Of a stretch of DNA of 64,000 bases, positions 44,501 through 56,779 are shown in pieces (positions within the stretch are counted from its first letter, which is position 1; each line of letters starts with the position of its first letter). The translations under genes were made by a program, and so were the position numbers. The notes under the pieces were generated by a model, which was not told the DNA's origin, made no database searches, and saw only the letters and a list, made by a program, of their open reading frames with translations. The DNA lies in assembly GCA_010909165.1 (NCBI GenBank), contig VJWM01000313.1, positions 19,343 through 83,342 on the forward strand, given 5' to 3'. This DNA is from Anthoceros angustus. Lineage: Eukaryota > Plantae > Anthocerotophyta.

Positions 44501-47500
44501 ACCCTTAACATAACCGACTCCACCCTCATATCGAATTTCGTCCACGGCCGGAATGGTCCCGTCAAGCTTTCTTCTTTATGGGATACAGCCATACTTTGCA
44601 CCCCCCCCTTTGTTGAGGACATCATTGGCGCTCTCTACCAGGAAGAACAGGCTCGCACCCTCTCTGGTCATGTTCCTAAGAACAAGGCAGAGCGCGTGTT
44701 AGCTGTGAATTCTCGCTTTTTCAAAGGAAAGGGGAAATTCAAAGGGGGAAGTAACCAGGCTGGACCTGGAGGTCCTTTTGGGCGGACTGATTCATCCAGC
44801 AGTTCAACTAAGAGACCAGGATCGTGCAACTGGTGTGGCACCCCTGGCCATTGGGCAAGAGAATGCCGAAGAAAGAAGGCAGGTGAGCCACAGCGACAGC
44901 CAAAGGCAAACTCTGCAGTCAAGGAAAAGAACTCTGGAGAAACAAAGGCGTCAGTTAAGATTCTTACTGCGTGCTTGTCCAGTTCCTTGAATGATGATGG
45001 CAGCTGGTACCTGGATTTCGGAGCCACGACTCATATCTGCAAGGACAAGGAGTTGTTTACTACCCTTCAGCTTGGTCATGTTAGTGACAAGGTTCTACTT
45101 GGAGACGAGTAAAGTAAAACCAGTCTGCGCATTGATGGCAGAGGTACTTGCATTTTTAGGCTGCAAGACGGCACACACCTTACGTTGAGTGATGTCTTGT
45201 ATGTCCCAAGTATGGCTAAAAATCTCATGTCCATGAGCCAGCTCCTTCGTCTTCGCACCTTTTGCATGCGTGCTGATTCTAACCATTGCTCCTTTTACAG
45301 AAAGACATACCCTGACACATGTGTCTTCAAAGGTATTTTAGATCACGATGCATGTAGGTTGAATACTCGGTTCTTGCTCCATTGTTGTTCCCCAGCATGT
45401 CACACTCAACAACAAGCGAATACGGTTGTACTGTGAGCGATGTTATGTACGCTAGACTAGGTCACGTTAATAGGGCTAAGCTTATTGACATGTCGATCAC
45501 TTGAATGTCTGAGGCCTCTCCTAATGCTTCAAGCATTTGCATGCTGATCGTATCTTGGCTAAACAAAAGATCACCTTTTCGAATGCACACAGACCCGCAG
45601 ATGTCTTTGGAATTAGTGCATCTTGATATATCTGGAAAGATCCATGAGCCCTCTCTTGGAGGCTCTCGCTATTTTCACTCTCACGGTAATTCGATTCGCT
45701 ACACATGGACTTTTCAATGCGTGTGACACCTTTAGCTACTTCGGCTCATTCTTTTCGAGAGGCGAGAGGGGCAAATTCTTTGAAAATCCTCGAGACCGGA
45801 CAATGGGGAAGTTTTAACTCATCTTTTGATAACCTTCTCCAGGCGTATCTTGCGACAACTCACAGTTCCTATGACAAAATGGCGTGTCGAGCATGAAATC
45901 AAGCGCTACTCGGCATGACAAGAAGCATGCTACTTTGGGCGAGGCTTACCTCAAGGCTATTGGGCGAAGCGGTTGTAGCGACCACATACATCCTCAACGG
46001 TCTTGACTAGATTGATCCGAGGACTCCTTTTGAAGTGTCTTGGCGCAAAGCCAACTTACTTCATCTCAGGTCTTGGCTCTAAGGCTTTTAGCCTATATGC
46101 CGATTGAAGCGTAAGCTTGACCGTGCGTGCCGCCCTCATTTTTAATGGGCTATGGCGACCGAGGCATATTGTGAATTTGGGATAGAGGCGAGGCGAGCCT
46201 TAAGCACCACAACTGCAAATGTATTAATTGATTGAGTAATGAACAAAATTGACTTTAAGTATCGTTCTTGTATGGACCACATAACCCTAGGTTGACTGTG
46301 TAGGGTTACCCTTGACACTCCTCTTAACCTAGCGTCAACTTTTACGGCATGCAACCTTCAACTTCGTTCGTTCCGGAGCGGAAGGCGGCGTCATCCAGCG
46401 GCCTTTGCCAAGCTCCGGGCTCGGAGATGACCAAATCACAGTGGCGGAAACCCTTGCTCTTACGGGCGCTTCTTGTTACGGCAATTTGCCTAATCCTTTG
46501 TAATTCACCTTTGGAACATGGCCGGCGGGATATGGATTGGATACCAAGCATTCGTTTGCTTTCGGTAACAAAGGGGAAAAAGGCCGAGTGGAAGGGCGGC
46601 TGGCGAGAAGAAAGCGAGCAGTAGCACGGTGGGCGCCATTCAGGGTGGAGCGGTGATCGAGTTTCTTTGGATGGGAGGCAAGTGGTCGTGAAAGTCGCCA
46701 TAACCCGGTCTGCATTGATGGCGGTACTTGCATTTTAGGCTGCAAGCGGCACACACCTTCGTTGAGTGATGTCTTGTATGTCCCAAATGTGGCTAAAAAT
46801 CTCATGTCCATGAGCCAGCTCATAGTCTTGCACCTTTTGCATGCGTCTTGATTCTAACCATTGCTCCTTTTACGAAAGACATACCACGACACATGTGTCT
46901 TCAAAGGTATTTTAGATCCACGATCATGTAGGTTGAATATCGATTCTGGCTCCGTGTTGTTCCCCACCTCAGCACACTCAACAACAACGGTCTGATTAGT
47001 GCACTGGAGAGGCGGTGTTATGTACGCTAGACTGTCACGTTAATAGGGCTAAGCTTATTGACATGTCGAAATCAGATGTCACAAAGCTCTCCTAATGCTT
47101 CAAGCATTTACCTGTCTGCGAGTCGTGCATACTGGCTAAACAAAAGGAATCACCTTTTCCGAATGCACCTGCACACAGAGCCACAGATGTGCTGGAATTA
47201 GTGCATGCTGATATATCTGGAAAGATCCATGAGCCCTCTCTTGGAGGCTCTCGCTATTTTTTCACTCTCACCGATGATTACAGTCGCTACACATGGACTT
47301 TTCCAATGCGTGCAAAAAGTGACACCTTTAGCTACTGGGCGGCTCATTCTTTGCTCGAGGCGAGACGGCAAGTTCTTTGAAGATCCTCGAGACGGACAAA
47401 TGGGGACGAGTTTTTAACTCATCTTTTGATAACCTTCTCCAAGATGGTATCTTCGACAACTCACGATTCCTACCCCACAAAATGGCGTGTCGAGCATAAG

Positions 47501-48360
47501 AATCAACGCTACTCAGCATGACAAGAAGCATGCTACTTTGGGCAGGCTTACCTCAAGGCTATTGGGCCGAAGCAGTTGTAGCAGCCACATACATCCTCAG
47601 GCGGTCGACTAGTTCGGTCCGAGGACTCCTTTTGAGGTGTACTGGCGCAAGAAGCCCAACTTACTTCATCTCAAGGTCTTCGGCTCTAAGGCTTTCGCCT
47701 ATATCCCAGTTGAGAAGCGTAAGAAGCTTGACCAGCGTGCCCAGGCCCTCATTTTCGTGGGCTATAGCGAGCAGGCCAAGGCATATTGTGAATTTGGGAG
47801 TAGTAGAAGGCGAGAGCCGGAGAGCCTTAAGCACACAACTACCAAATGTATTAATTGATTGAGTAATGAACAAAATTGACTTTAAGTATCGTTTACTGTA
47901 TGGACCACATAACCCTAGGTTGACTAGTGTAGGGTTACCCCTTCGACACTCCCTCTTAACCTAACGGCGTCAACTTTTACGGCATCTGCAACCTTCAACA
48001 CTACGTTCCGTTATGTGAGAAAGCGGAAGCGAAAGCGTCATCCCGCCCAGCACTGCCAAGCTCCAGGCTCCGGAGATGACCAAATCCACGGCGGAAACCC
48101 TTGCTCTTGCGGCGCTTCTTGTTGCGGCAGCTGCCCTAATCACTGTAATTCACCTTTGGAACATGACGACGCGCAGCGGCCGGAAGTATGGATTGGATAC
48201 CAACAGCTACGTTTGCTCAGCAACAAAGGGGAAAAAGGCACGAGTGGAAGGCAGCTCCATGGCGGAAGAAAAGCGAGCAGGTAGCACCGGTGGGCGCCGG
48301 TCGGTGGAGCGGTGATCGGGTTCTTGGATGGGAAGGCAAGTGGTCGATGAAAGTCGCCAT
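41559..48360 (+). mobile_element. Rearranged Ty1/Copia element (family 2): LTR, PBS, 1.8-kb leader, gag, protease and duplicated integrase; no RT
   Basis: LTR-like 41559-41758 (GTTAGAA...TTCTAAC, with TATAAAA). PBS TGGTATCGAGCC at 41760-41771. Gag start DRF.GTKYEIWSRRMKTAL at about 43630; CCHC CNWCGTPGHWAREC (44825-44868); WYLDFGATTHIC (45005-45040); integrase LVHADISGKIHEPSLGGSRYFFTLTDDYSRYTW. Confidence 0.8.
45120..48360. repeat. Tandem duplication of about 1.6 kb (about 45120-46700 / 46705-48360)
   Basis: Both units start CAGTCTG/CGGTCTG..CATTGATGGC..GGTACTTGCATT and end GGGATGGGAGGCAAGTGGTCG/GGATGGGAAGGCAAGTGGTCG. Differences are mostly small deletions around CAG/CTG. Confidence 0.85.
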
Positions 48361-48689
48361 AGCTGTGGTCGAGCAGGATGTCCTCAAAAAACCTGAAGAT
48401 ACCAGTGTTGAACATGCCTTGAGCTACGAAGATGGCATGGTGCCCTTGCCCATGGAGTTCGTGCACGCGTTGAGGGGTTGAAATCTTGTGGATCTTTGTT
48501 GCGGCGTGATTCGTCGATCTGATGGCTTCATCCACTGCAGGCAACAAGGCATATGGAAGAACATGGTATTTGTGTGTGACGTGTGGAGAACCATGGTGCG
48601 GAGGAACTCGGGTTCCCCATCGGATAAGTTCTCAAAGCTGTGTCAAAATGAAAGAAGCATAGTCTTGATGCGGTCAAGGCCGATCATAT

Positions 48690-49624
48690 GAGTGTAGTGC
48701 TTGAACTTGGGTAGAGCTTGGTAAAGATGTCAGAGGTGTTGAGTGACATCAACATAATCAACTTTGACCACTCCTCTTGCGGCCCGTCACGGATATAGTG
48801 GTGTTGGATCTCTATGTTCGTTAGTACGTGGTTTAGCAACAAGCTCAAGTGCTCGGTGTTGTCACACGGGATGAGGTAAGTCGGGCATGGGTGACCAGGT
48901 CTTTCGGAGTGGGCGCAGCCGTGCCTCTTTGGAAGCCTCATGGCGATTTATACTCGGCTTGATCGAGAAAGGTATAGGGGTTTGCTTCTTACAACTCCAG
49001 CTCACAGAGGCGTTGGCCAGCATAAAACAGTAAGTAGATAAGCTTCTACGGCCATCAGCATCGAACCCGGTCGGCATCACTGTAAAGCCGGAGAGATAGA
49101 ATATTTCTGTGCCTTTGCTTTTGTAGAATAACCGCCCATATGGGTTCCCTATGATACACGAAGATATGTTTCACGGCTACCCAATGAGGCGACGAGATTT
49201 TCCATAAAGCTGGCGGCTTGATGCTCACTGCATACTGGATGTCAGGGCGGGTCCAATTTGCCACAAAAATGAGGCTACCGTGACATCTGGATGTGCACCT
49301 CTGCCATGTCCTTTTTAGCTTCAGTGGAGGTAGGACATTGCATGGCTGTCGACTTAATGCTACGGTGATGGGGTAGCTATTTGGATGAGCACAGATCCAT
49401 CTTGAACTTGTGCAGGATCTCACGGATATATTTATGCTGATGGATAATTAGAAGACCCTCCTTGCGAACTCGGAGGATTTGAATCCCCAGACAGAACTTT
49501 AGATCTCCTATGTCCTTCATGTCAAATTTGTTGCTAAGCATTTGTTTGACCTCAGCTAACAAAAGTTGATTGTTTGTGACCAGAATTACGTCATCTACAT
49601 ACAATGCAAGGACAACAAATGAAG
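48690..49624 (-). mobile_element. Copia RT/RNase H fragment (family 3)
   Basis: ALYVDDVILVTNN...KFDMKDIGDLKFCLGIQI; TRPDIQYAVS; HWVAVKHIF; SVSWSCKKQT; IEIQHHYIR; DIFTK. Cut on the right by the LTR at 49625. Confidence 0.88.
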
Positions 49625-52600
49625 TGTTAAGAATATGTAATCCAACACTCGCTTGGGTTTAGTTATATTAAGGCCAGGGAGCCCAAGGGGTGCGACTCTT
49701 AGGTGACTAGTTATATAGGAACCTTTTCAACCATATGTTTTGTTGTTGTTCATACTCTTTGAATTATTACACTTTTACAATTCCATGTGAGTCTTCTCTA
49801 CTCCTCTAGAAATGCACATGGTATCAGAGCCATGCTCTGCAATTTGCTAAAATCCTTGAAGAATGCCGAGGCAGGGTGGATTGCCTAAGCGGCATCGTCG
49901 GGCTGGACCTCCACCACAACAATTCCTTGGAGGCCCTACGACAAGCGGCGGATTGTGCAGATAGACACCTGGCTTGGACCTCTCTGACAAAACTACCACC
50001 GCCATGGCTACAGCGATTTGTAGCTGCTTGCAGTTCGGCTGGATCAGCCCATTCTCTACAGAGCAATCAACTAGTGGATCGTCTCTACAGAGAGCGTTGT
50101 GAAAGGAGAGGACAAAATTCAGAGGATTATCTCTTCAGACCTCGGCCTGAGGCTTTTCCTTCCTCTCCTGCACAATTACAAGCCCAACTTGATCAGATTC
50201 TTGATAATCAGAGGATCATCGGGCTGAGAATTGAGGAACAATATCAACGTTTCCTCAGGGCTGTTCACTATAGGGATGTAGTGATACAGGCTCACCTACG
50301 GGATATAACAGATTTGACAACCAGTCTTGGATCACAATCAATTCGGGGTGCCCCAATCTTTAGCCTTGGAGGTCGTCGACACCCAATCCTCGGCTCACGC
50401 GTTGGGGAGGCGGGAGGCATGTGACGCATTCCTTAGAGCGTCACGTCGCGCTGGCCTTACGTGAAGCCGACCCTTGTGGGAGGAGACGGCAACCGATTTT
50501 TGTTCCTCTCCTTCCACACCAGCTATGAAGAGGCGCACCTGTACCTGTTGGACATGAGAAGCCAACCGCCAACTTCGTGAGAGCAGGTCAAGAAATAAAG
50601 GACTTCTAACCCTAATGTTACCTTTTCCTGACCACGTCTTGGTTTTATTATCTAACGTGTCTGAATTAGGGAGGAAGAACCACTGAGCATGGCACAAGCA
50701 GGCTCACATGCCTATGCATGTCCTCCTGCCTGTGCTTCGCCGAGTGTGCCCTTCCCCCCTGAACACAGGATGTTAGATATAACTCTTCATGATAGACCTG
50801 CATGTCTATAAATCAACTTGTAAGCCAATTTAACTCCCTGTCACTTAACAACGCAGTAGTTATGGCTACTAGCAGTGCATACGCCACGTCCTCATCAGGC
50901 CCTATCTTCACAGACCATATAAAAGAGAAAGATCGATTCAATGGCTTACAGTACCCTGTCTGGCGTGTTCGCATGAAGTCCACCCTCATTGGTAGAGGTG
51001 TGTGGAAGGTTGTGGATAAGACTCTCCCCAAACCTGATCCAACTACTGACCCAGCCCCCTCGGCCGTAGACGTCGAGAAGTGGGACAACCTTAACGGTAT
51101 AGCTATAGCACTCCTCATCAGTGGCCTGGATTCCTCTCTAGTCCCCAGCATTGAGTTCCTGACAGAGGCTCACGCAATCTGGGATCAGCTGTCTAACACA
51201 TATAATGTTAACAATGTTCTTACCATGTATAATGCTAGACAGGAATTCAATGCTCTTCGCATGAGAGAAGGTGAAACAATAGCAACACATACCTCTAAGT
51301 TTCGCCACCTGAGGGGGCAGCTAGAATCACTTGGCTCAAAAATGTCAGAAGTGGATACTGCAGCTCAGCTTTTGATGAGCCTACCCCCCTCATATCAGAA
51401 CTTTGTCACCAGCCTTATGCTAGTTTCTAGTAAGGCAGGACAGTCAGCATCTGCTTCCACCCTTACAGTGGAGGAGATAATTGGGGCTCTCTATCAGCAA
51501 GAGCAGAGTCGCTTAAATGCTGGTGGTATCCCCAAGCCCAGGACAGAGAAAGCACTGGCTGCTAAATACAAACCCTACAGGAACAAGGGAAAAGCATCAG
51601 CTGGAGGCTCCAAGAGTGAGTCAAGTTTTGCTTCTTCAAGTAATGAAAATTATGGCCGGTGTGGAGTTGCTTTGGCCATTGGAAGCGCGTGAGTGTGTCG
51701 AAGAAGAGGTGGCGAGCCCGGAAATCAGGCTGCGACAATCGACGATGTAGGTAACCGAGGATAAGAGTCCAGCGAGAATACCATGGTGAAGATTCTAACG
51801 TTGCTTGATCAATTGCAGCAAGACAAGGGGTGGTACCTTCATAGCGGAGCCACCGCCCATATCTGTAATGATGAAGCACAATTTCTACAGGCTGGACCTT
51901 CGTCCATTTAAGGAAAGAGTGCTTGGGAGATGAGCAGAATCAAACCAGTTTGCCTACACAAGGCCTTGGGATATGTAAATTTCCCCTGCAAGATGGTTCC
52001 ACTCTCATATTGGATCATGTCCTCTACGTTCCACAGATGGGTAAGAATCTCATGTCCATGAGTAAGTTGATGCAGCAAGGCACCTTTGAGATCTTTGTCT
52101 CAGCAGGAGATTGCTGTTTCTTCAGGCCAGAGCTTCCTGGTCATTGCGTCTTCAGAGGTGTCCCTCATGATGACCTGTACAGACTTTCCATCACAGGAAG
52201 TCTAGATGCCGTTGCACTCTCCACAGGACCACCTTCCATGAAGCCAGAAACATTAGCTTCCCTTTGGCATGCACGACTAGGTCATGTCAACAGAAACAAG
52301 CTTATTGACATGTCGTCTAAAGACTGCTATAGAGAGCCCTTACCTAAGTATTTCAAGAACCTTCCCGCTTGTGAGTCGTGTGTACTTGCCAAGCAAAAGG
52401 AGCTCCCATTTCCCAAACATGCACATAGGGCAGATACAACATTGGCATTAGTTCATGCTGATATTTCTGGCAAGATCCACGAGCCGTCACTCGGTGGATC
52501 ACTCTACTACTTCACTCTAACGGATGACTTTAGTAGATATTCATGGACTTATCCAATGCACCTTAAAAGTGACACTTTCATGTACTTTAAGGATTGGTTA

Positions 52601-54235
52601 AATACTGTAGAGAGGCAGTCTGGTAATCTCCTTAAGATCCTAAGGACTGACAACGGCACAGAATTTATCACTTCTGATGATTTCCTACAAGAGAAAGGTA
52701 TTGAGAGGCAGCTCATCGTGCCGTACACTCAGCAACAGAATGGTGTAGCCAAAAGGAAAACCAGACTCTGTTAGGAATGACTCGAAGCATGCTATTATGG
52801 TCAGGGCTGCCACAAGGCTATTGGGCAGAAGCCGTGGTTGCTGCAACTTATATACTGAACAGAGTAGTCACCAGTTCCCTACCAGGCAAGACTCCATATG
52901 AGGTCTTCTGGAAAAGAAAACCCAGCATCTTACACTTGCGTGTCTTTGGATCCAGGGCATATGCCTACATTCCAGAGCCAAAGCGCAAGAAGTTAGAAAA
53001 CAGGGCTAAGGGACTGATCTTTGTGGGCTACAGTGAGCATGTGAAGGCATACAAGTTATATGACCCAGAATATCAAACTGTGACATTGGCTCGCAGTGTT
53101 ACCTTTCTGGAGCCTTCTGAATCTGCTACTTCTCATGCTCCCGTTCTCACAGACGGCATAGCTTCAGAGGGAGTAATTGAAGCTACTGAAGTGACCGGCT
53201 TTTATCATGACATAGTTCCACCTACCTTGTTCCCCGATGGTGATGATCTAAAGCTTTCGGTGATGAAGACACCACCCTTCTCGGCCCTGGGTTGCCAGTT
53301 CCTCGATTCTTCTTTGAAGGCCTAGCAGGCTGGTCAGTTTTTCGATGCTGCTCAAAGCATCGATTCACAATCTGGTCTTGAGCCTCTTGTTTTGGATGCG
53401 GCGGCACCTCCGGCACTGACCACTGTTCTTGGGCGAGATCCGGTTGAACCCGGCCTCGGCTGACCGAGAACCGAATTGGCCTTGCTTTGTGACCTGCGCT
53501 AGAACTGTCGCCATGAAGCTCTCGACATAGGCCACCTCCCGACCAGTGGTCGGAACCTAGATATGAGTCAATAGACTTTCGCACCTCTACCTGTTCCCAA
53601 CACAAAGTGCTTCAAGTCTCTCCAACTCTGCCCGATGAACCCACGTCCTTGACTCAAGCCTTCACCGGCCCTGAATCCTCCCAGTGGCGTTTCGCAGTGG
53701 AGGATGAATACCAGAGTTTGATTACCAATCGCACTTGGACCTTAGTCGATCCGCCACCTGGTAGGAAGCCCATATCTTGTAAGTGGGTCTTTAAATTAAA
53801 ACTGAATGCTCAAGGACAAGTTGCTCGCTTCAAGGCACGACTTGTGGCTCGTGGGTTCTCTCAAGTGGAAGGCCTCGACTATCAGGAGACTTTCTCCCCA
53901 AATGCGATTACATCCATCGGGATGATACTCGCTTCCATTGGCAGGCGGATTTGGAACTTCACCAAATGGACGTATGCACTGCCTTCCTATATGGCTCCCT
54001 TGATGAAGATCTGTATATGGAGCAGCCGGAAGGCTATGTTAGCAAGGAGCATCCAAACAAAGTACTTAAGCTGCTTAAATGCATCTATGGCCTGAAACAG
54101 AGTGGGAGAGTATGGTACATCACCATGCATCTTTATCTCCTTAGCATCTCTTTGAAGCGGTCTTTGCGAGCCGATGTGTTTGGTATCCCGGAGGATCCGC
54201 TTTCGTGCTCCTTGCACTGTATGTGGACGATATGA
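49625..54235 (+). mobile_element. Ty1/Copia element (family 4): 5' LTR, PBS, extra upstream ORF, gag, PR, IN and RT truncated at YVDD
   Basis: LTR 49625-49818 (TGTTAAG...GCACA). Perfect PBS TGGTATCAGAGCC at 49819-49831. Gag ORF 50802-51692 (KDRFNGLQYPVWRVRMKSTL); integrase ORFs 51923-52774 and 52777-53325 (LWHARLGHVN, LVHADISG, FTLTDDFSRYSW); RT 53607-54235 (CKWVFKLK, ARLVARGFSQ, IYGLKQSGRVW). Confidence 0.92.
49832..50424 (+). CDS. Unknown protein of about 195 aa (predicted helical/coiled-coil) between the PBS and gag of Copia family 4
   Basis: Open frame 49876-50424 (182 aa), extending upstream without a stop to the PBS. The ATG at 49832 is one base out of frame, and one more G would give MALQFAKILEECRGRVDCL.... 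Heptad-like stretch QLQAQLDQILDNQRIIGLRIEEQYQRFL. Confidence 0.55.
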
Positions 54236-56131
54236 GGATCAAGCAGTACAGGCTGAACCCCAAGTATTCTATGGTCGTCAAGGATCAATTTGGATCGATG
54301 CTTGGAAATTTGGGGTGATTACAGGTACTCACGGTGAGTGGGTTGCACCATCGTAATTGTGCCAAGAAGCGGTGAGAAAGGTTGGTGCCAAGATTTGAAG
54401 CTCAATGAAGCAACAAGAAGGATCATCACCCTTTACCTTTCATGGACGATGTCTTTGGACACGATTGGCCGGACATGAGATATACGATTTTCTTGGGCGG
54501 GTATTAAGGTACAATCAAATTTCGCTACGAAGGAGGATCGAGGACAAGACAACATTCACGGGTTGGGAACTTACGCTTATTGAAGCTCCCTTTCGGGTGC
54601 AGCGCCCCACTTTCCAGTGTGGTGAGCGATATTTCGGGACTTCTTGAGAAAGTTCATGGAGGTATTCCTGGATGATTTCTGCGTGTTTGGAAAGAGAGAC
54701 CTGCATCTAGACCATTTGAGGCAATGTTTTCGAAGTCGCGAGTCAATCATGAAGCTTCATCCGATGTTATTTTAGTATGAGGAAGGTATTTTGTTGGCAC
54801 ATCGAGTTTCAGTAAGAGGGTTACAGGTAGATAAGGATAAAGTAGCGGTGATAGGCGAGATGGGCCTTTCCACAGACGGTGAGACAGGTGCGAGCTTTTG
54901 TAGGACTCGTAGGGTATTACAGGAGGTTCATCAAGGATTTCGCCAAGAAGGCAGCCTTGTTGACACAACTGACCAAGAAGGATACACCCTTCGAATGGAC
55001 CAATGCAAGACAGGAAGCTTTTCAGCAACTGAAGGACAGCTTAGTGAGCGCGCCAACATTACAACCGCCAGATTGGGAGAAACCGTTTCACGTCTACGTG
55101 GATGTGTCCGCTTATGCCATTGGGACCGTCCTAAGCCAGAAAGATGAGAAGAAACGGGATCATCCGATTTTCTATGCGGGAAGGCAGCTCACGGATGCTG
55201 AAAAGAACTACTCAACCACGGAGCGGGAGGGTCTTGGTATCATTTACTCCTGTAAGAAGTTTAGACACTATCTGCTTGCTTGCAAGGTGACGTTTCATGT
55301 TGACCATTTTGCGTTGAAGTACCTTGTAAACAAGCCGGATCTGTCAGGAAGGATTGCCAGGTGGATATTACTGCTCCAAGAGTTTGATTATGACGTAGAA
55401 ACTAGGCCAGGGAAGCAGCATCAAAATGCTGATTTCATTTCTCGTCTAAGGACTGGAGAACGACTCGAAGCCACCGATGACCGATTTCCTGACGAGGAGT
55501 TGGTTGCCACGGCCTGGGTCGAAGGGGGAGGACGCAAGCATGTTGTAGACAGCCTAAGAATTGATCAGCAAGTCTTGTTGCCAGCAGAGAGGCCAAATGA
55601 GCAAGAAGGGAGCGTTGTGCAGGAAAAGCTGCAGCAGGACAATCTGGAAATCCGAGAGAGGGTAAAAGGGCGCCAGCATGAGCGTGAGGAGGACGCTGAA
55701 ATGCTCCTCAAGGGTGAGCAGTCAGGAGGGCTGCAAGTGGAGGCCACACGTCGGCAAAAGGAAGAGGCAAAAACGGACATGAGAGCACCGTCTGTGAATG
55801 ACGAGAAGGACCACACTTGGCAAGGTCGGAAACGAGGCGCCACAGGGCCGCGAGGAGGAGAAGGCCCTAGGGAGGTGGACACACCAGAGAACGAAGAAGG
55901 GGATGCGCTTCATGCAAAGTTTGAGCGAAGTGCGAGGAAGGGAGTAGAGCGCCTTGCTCGTTGAGAAGGCTGAGAATTTGTGTCTCTGCAGATAGCGATT
56001 GGTGATCACAAGGCCTCGAACTTTCACACGAGTCTCATGGGCCGAGAAACCCAGCGTCTGAGGCGGCGATTGGGATAAGTGTGGCCGCTATAGTGGGAGG
56101 ACCTCGGGGTGCCCGGGTTTTCCCTACCACA
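54236..56131 (+). mobile_element. Ty3/Gypsy copy C: RT, RNase H and linker, joined directly to the last approximately 190 bp of the LTR
   Basis: IKQYRLNPKY at 54238; clean ORF 54879-55964 (361 aa: RT thumb, RNase H EKNYSTTEREGLGIIYSCKKFRHYL, charged linker). It ends ...TTTTCCCTACCACA at 56131, the same LTR end as 19233 and 36004. Confidence 0.9.
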
Positions 56132-56316
56132 CTAGGCACACCAAGTCTAGCTTGCAATTGATGCAGCGTAATCTTAGTCGATCGAGCCGATCCATAATTG
56201 ATGATTTTGTGCCCGGGTTTTCCCTACCACACTAGGCACCTGCAGTCTAACTTGCAATTGATGCAGTCGTAATCTTAGTCGATCGAGCCGGTCCATAATT
56301 GATGATTTTGTGCCCG
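56109..56316. repeat. 2 x about 100-bp tandem duplication spanning the LTR end and its flank
   Basis: GTGCCCG occurs at 56109, 56209 and 56310. The unit contains the LTR terminus CCCTACCACA plus about 75 bp of flank. Confidence 0.9.
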
Positions 56317-56779
56317 ACGGGTGCTAAGCGAGCTAAAGCATAAAAAAAGCCAAAATTTCAAGGTGTTTAAATTGATATACCGGTGTATAGTATTATGGTG
56401 TTATTTCACGGACCATCCGAGACGTTCCCTTGAGCGAGAGCAAAGAAAGCAAGGGGTGTGGAGGGAGGGAGTGGAGGGGAGCTGAGGGAGGCTAGGGAGA
56501 AGTGAAGGAGGATGGAGCTCTTGCTACCCTTGTAGGAGTGAGTTAGGCGGGGCGCCGCCCGAACGGATGCGCCTCAAGCTTTCCCTCACCGGCATATCGA
56601 GATTTTTTGACGAACCACAAACCAGTCCACATCCACAACTCTACAACTCATGAACTTCATGAACTAGGGATCAATCCATACACACAGCCCTATGGCAACT
56701 ATAATCTTTATGAAGTAGAGATAAGTCCACACCCACATTCCTCGACAACCGTATGTACCTCACGAACCAAAGACCGGTC

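Noticed and set aside
47909-47936. Hairpin as a Helitron 3' end
   Set aside because: No CTRR terminus at the expected distance downstream, and the stem is AT-rich rather than GC-rich.
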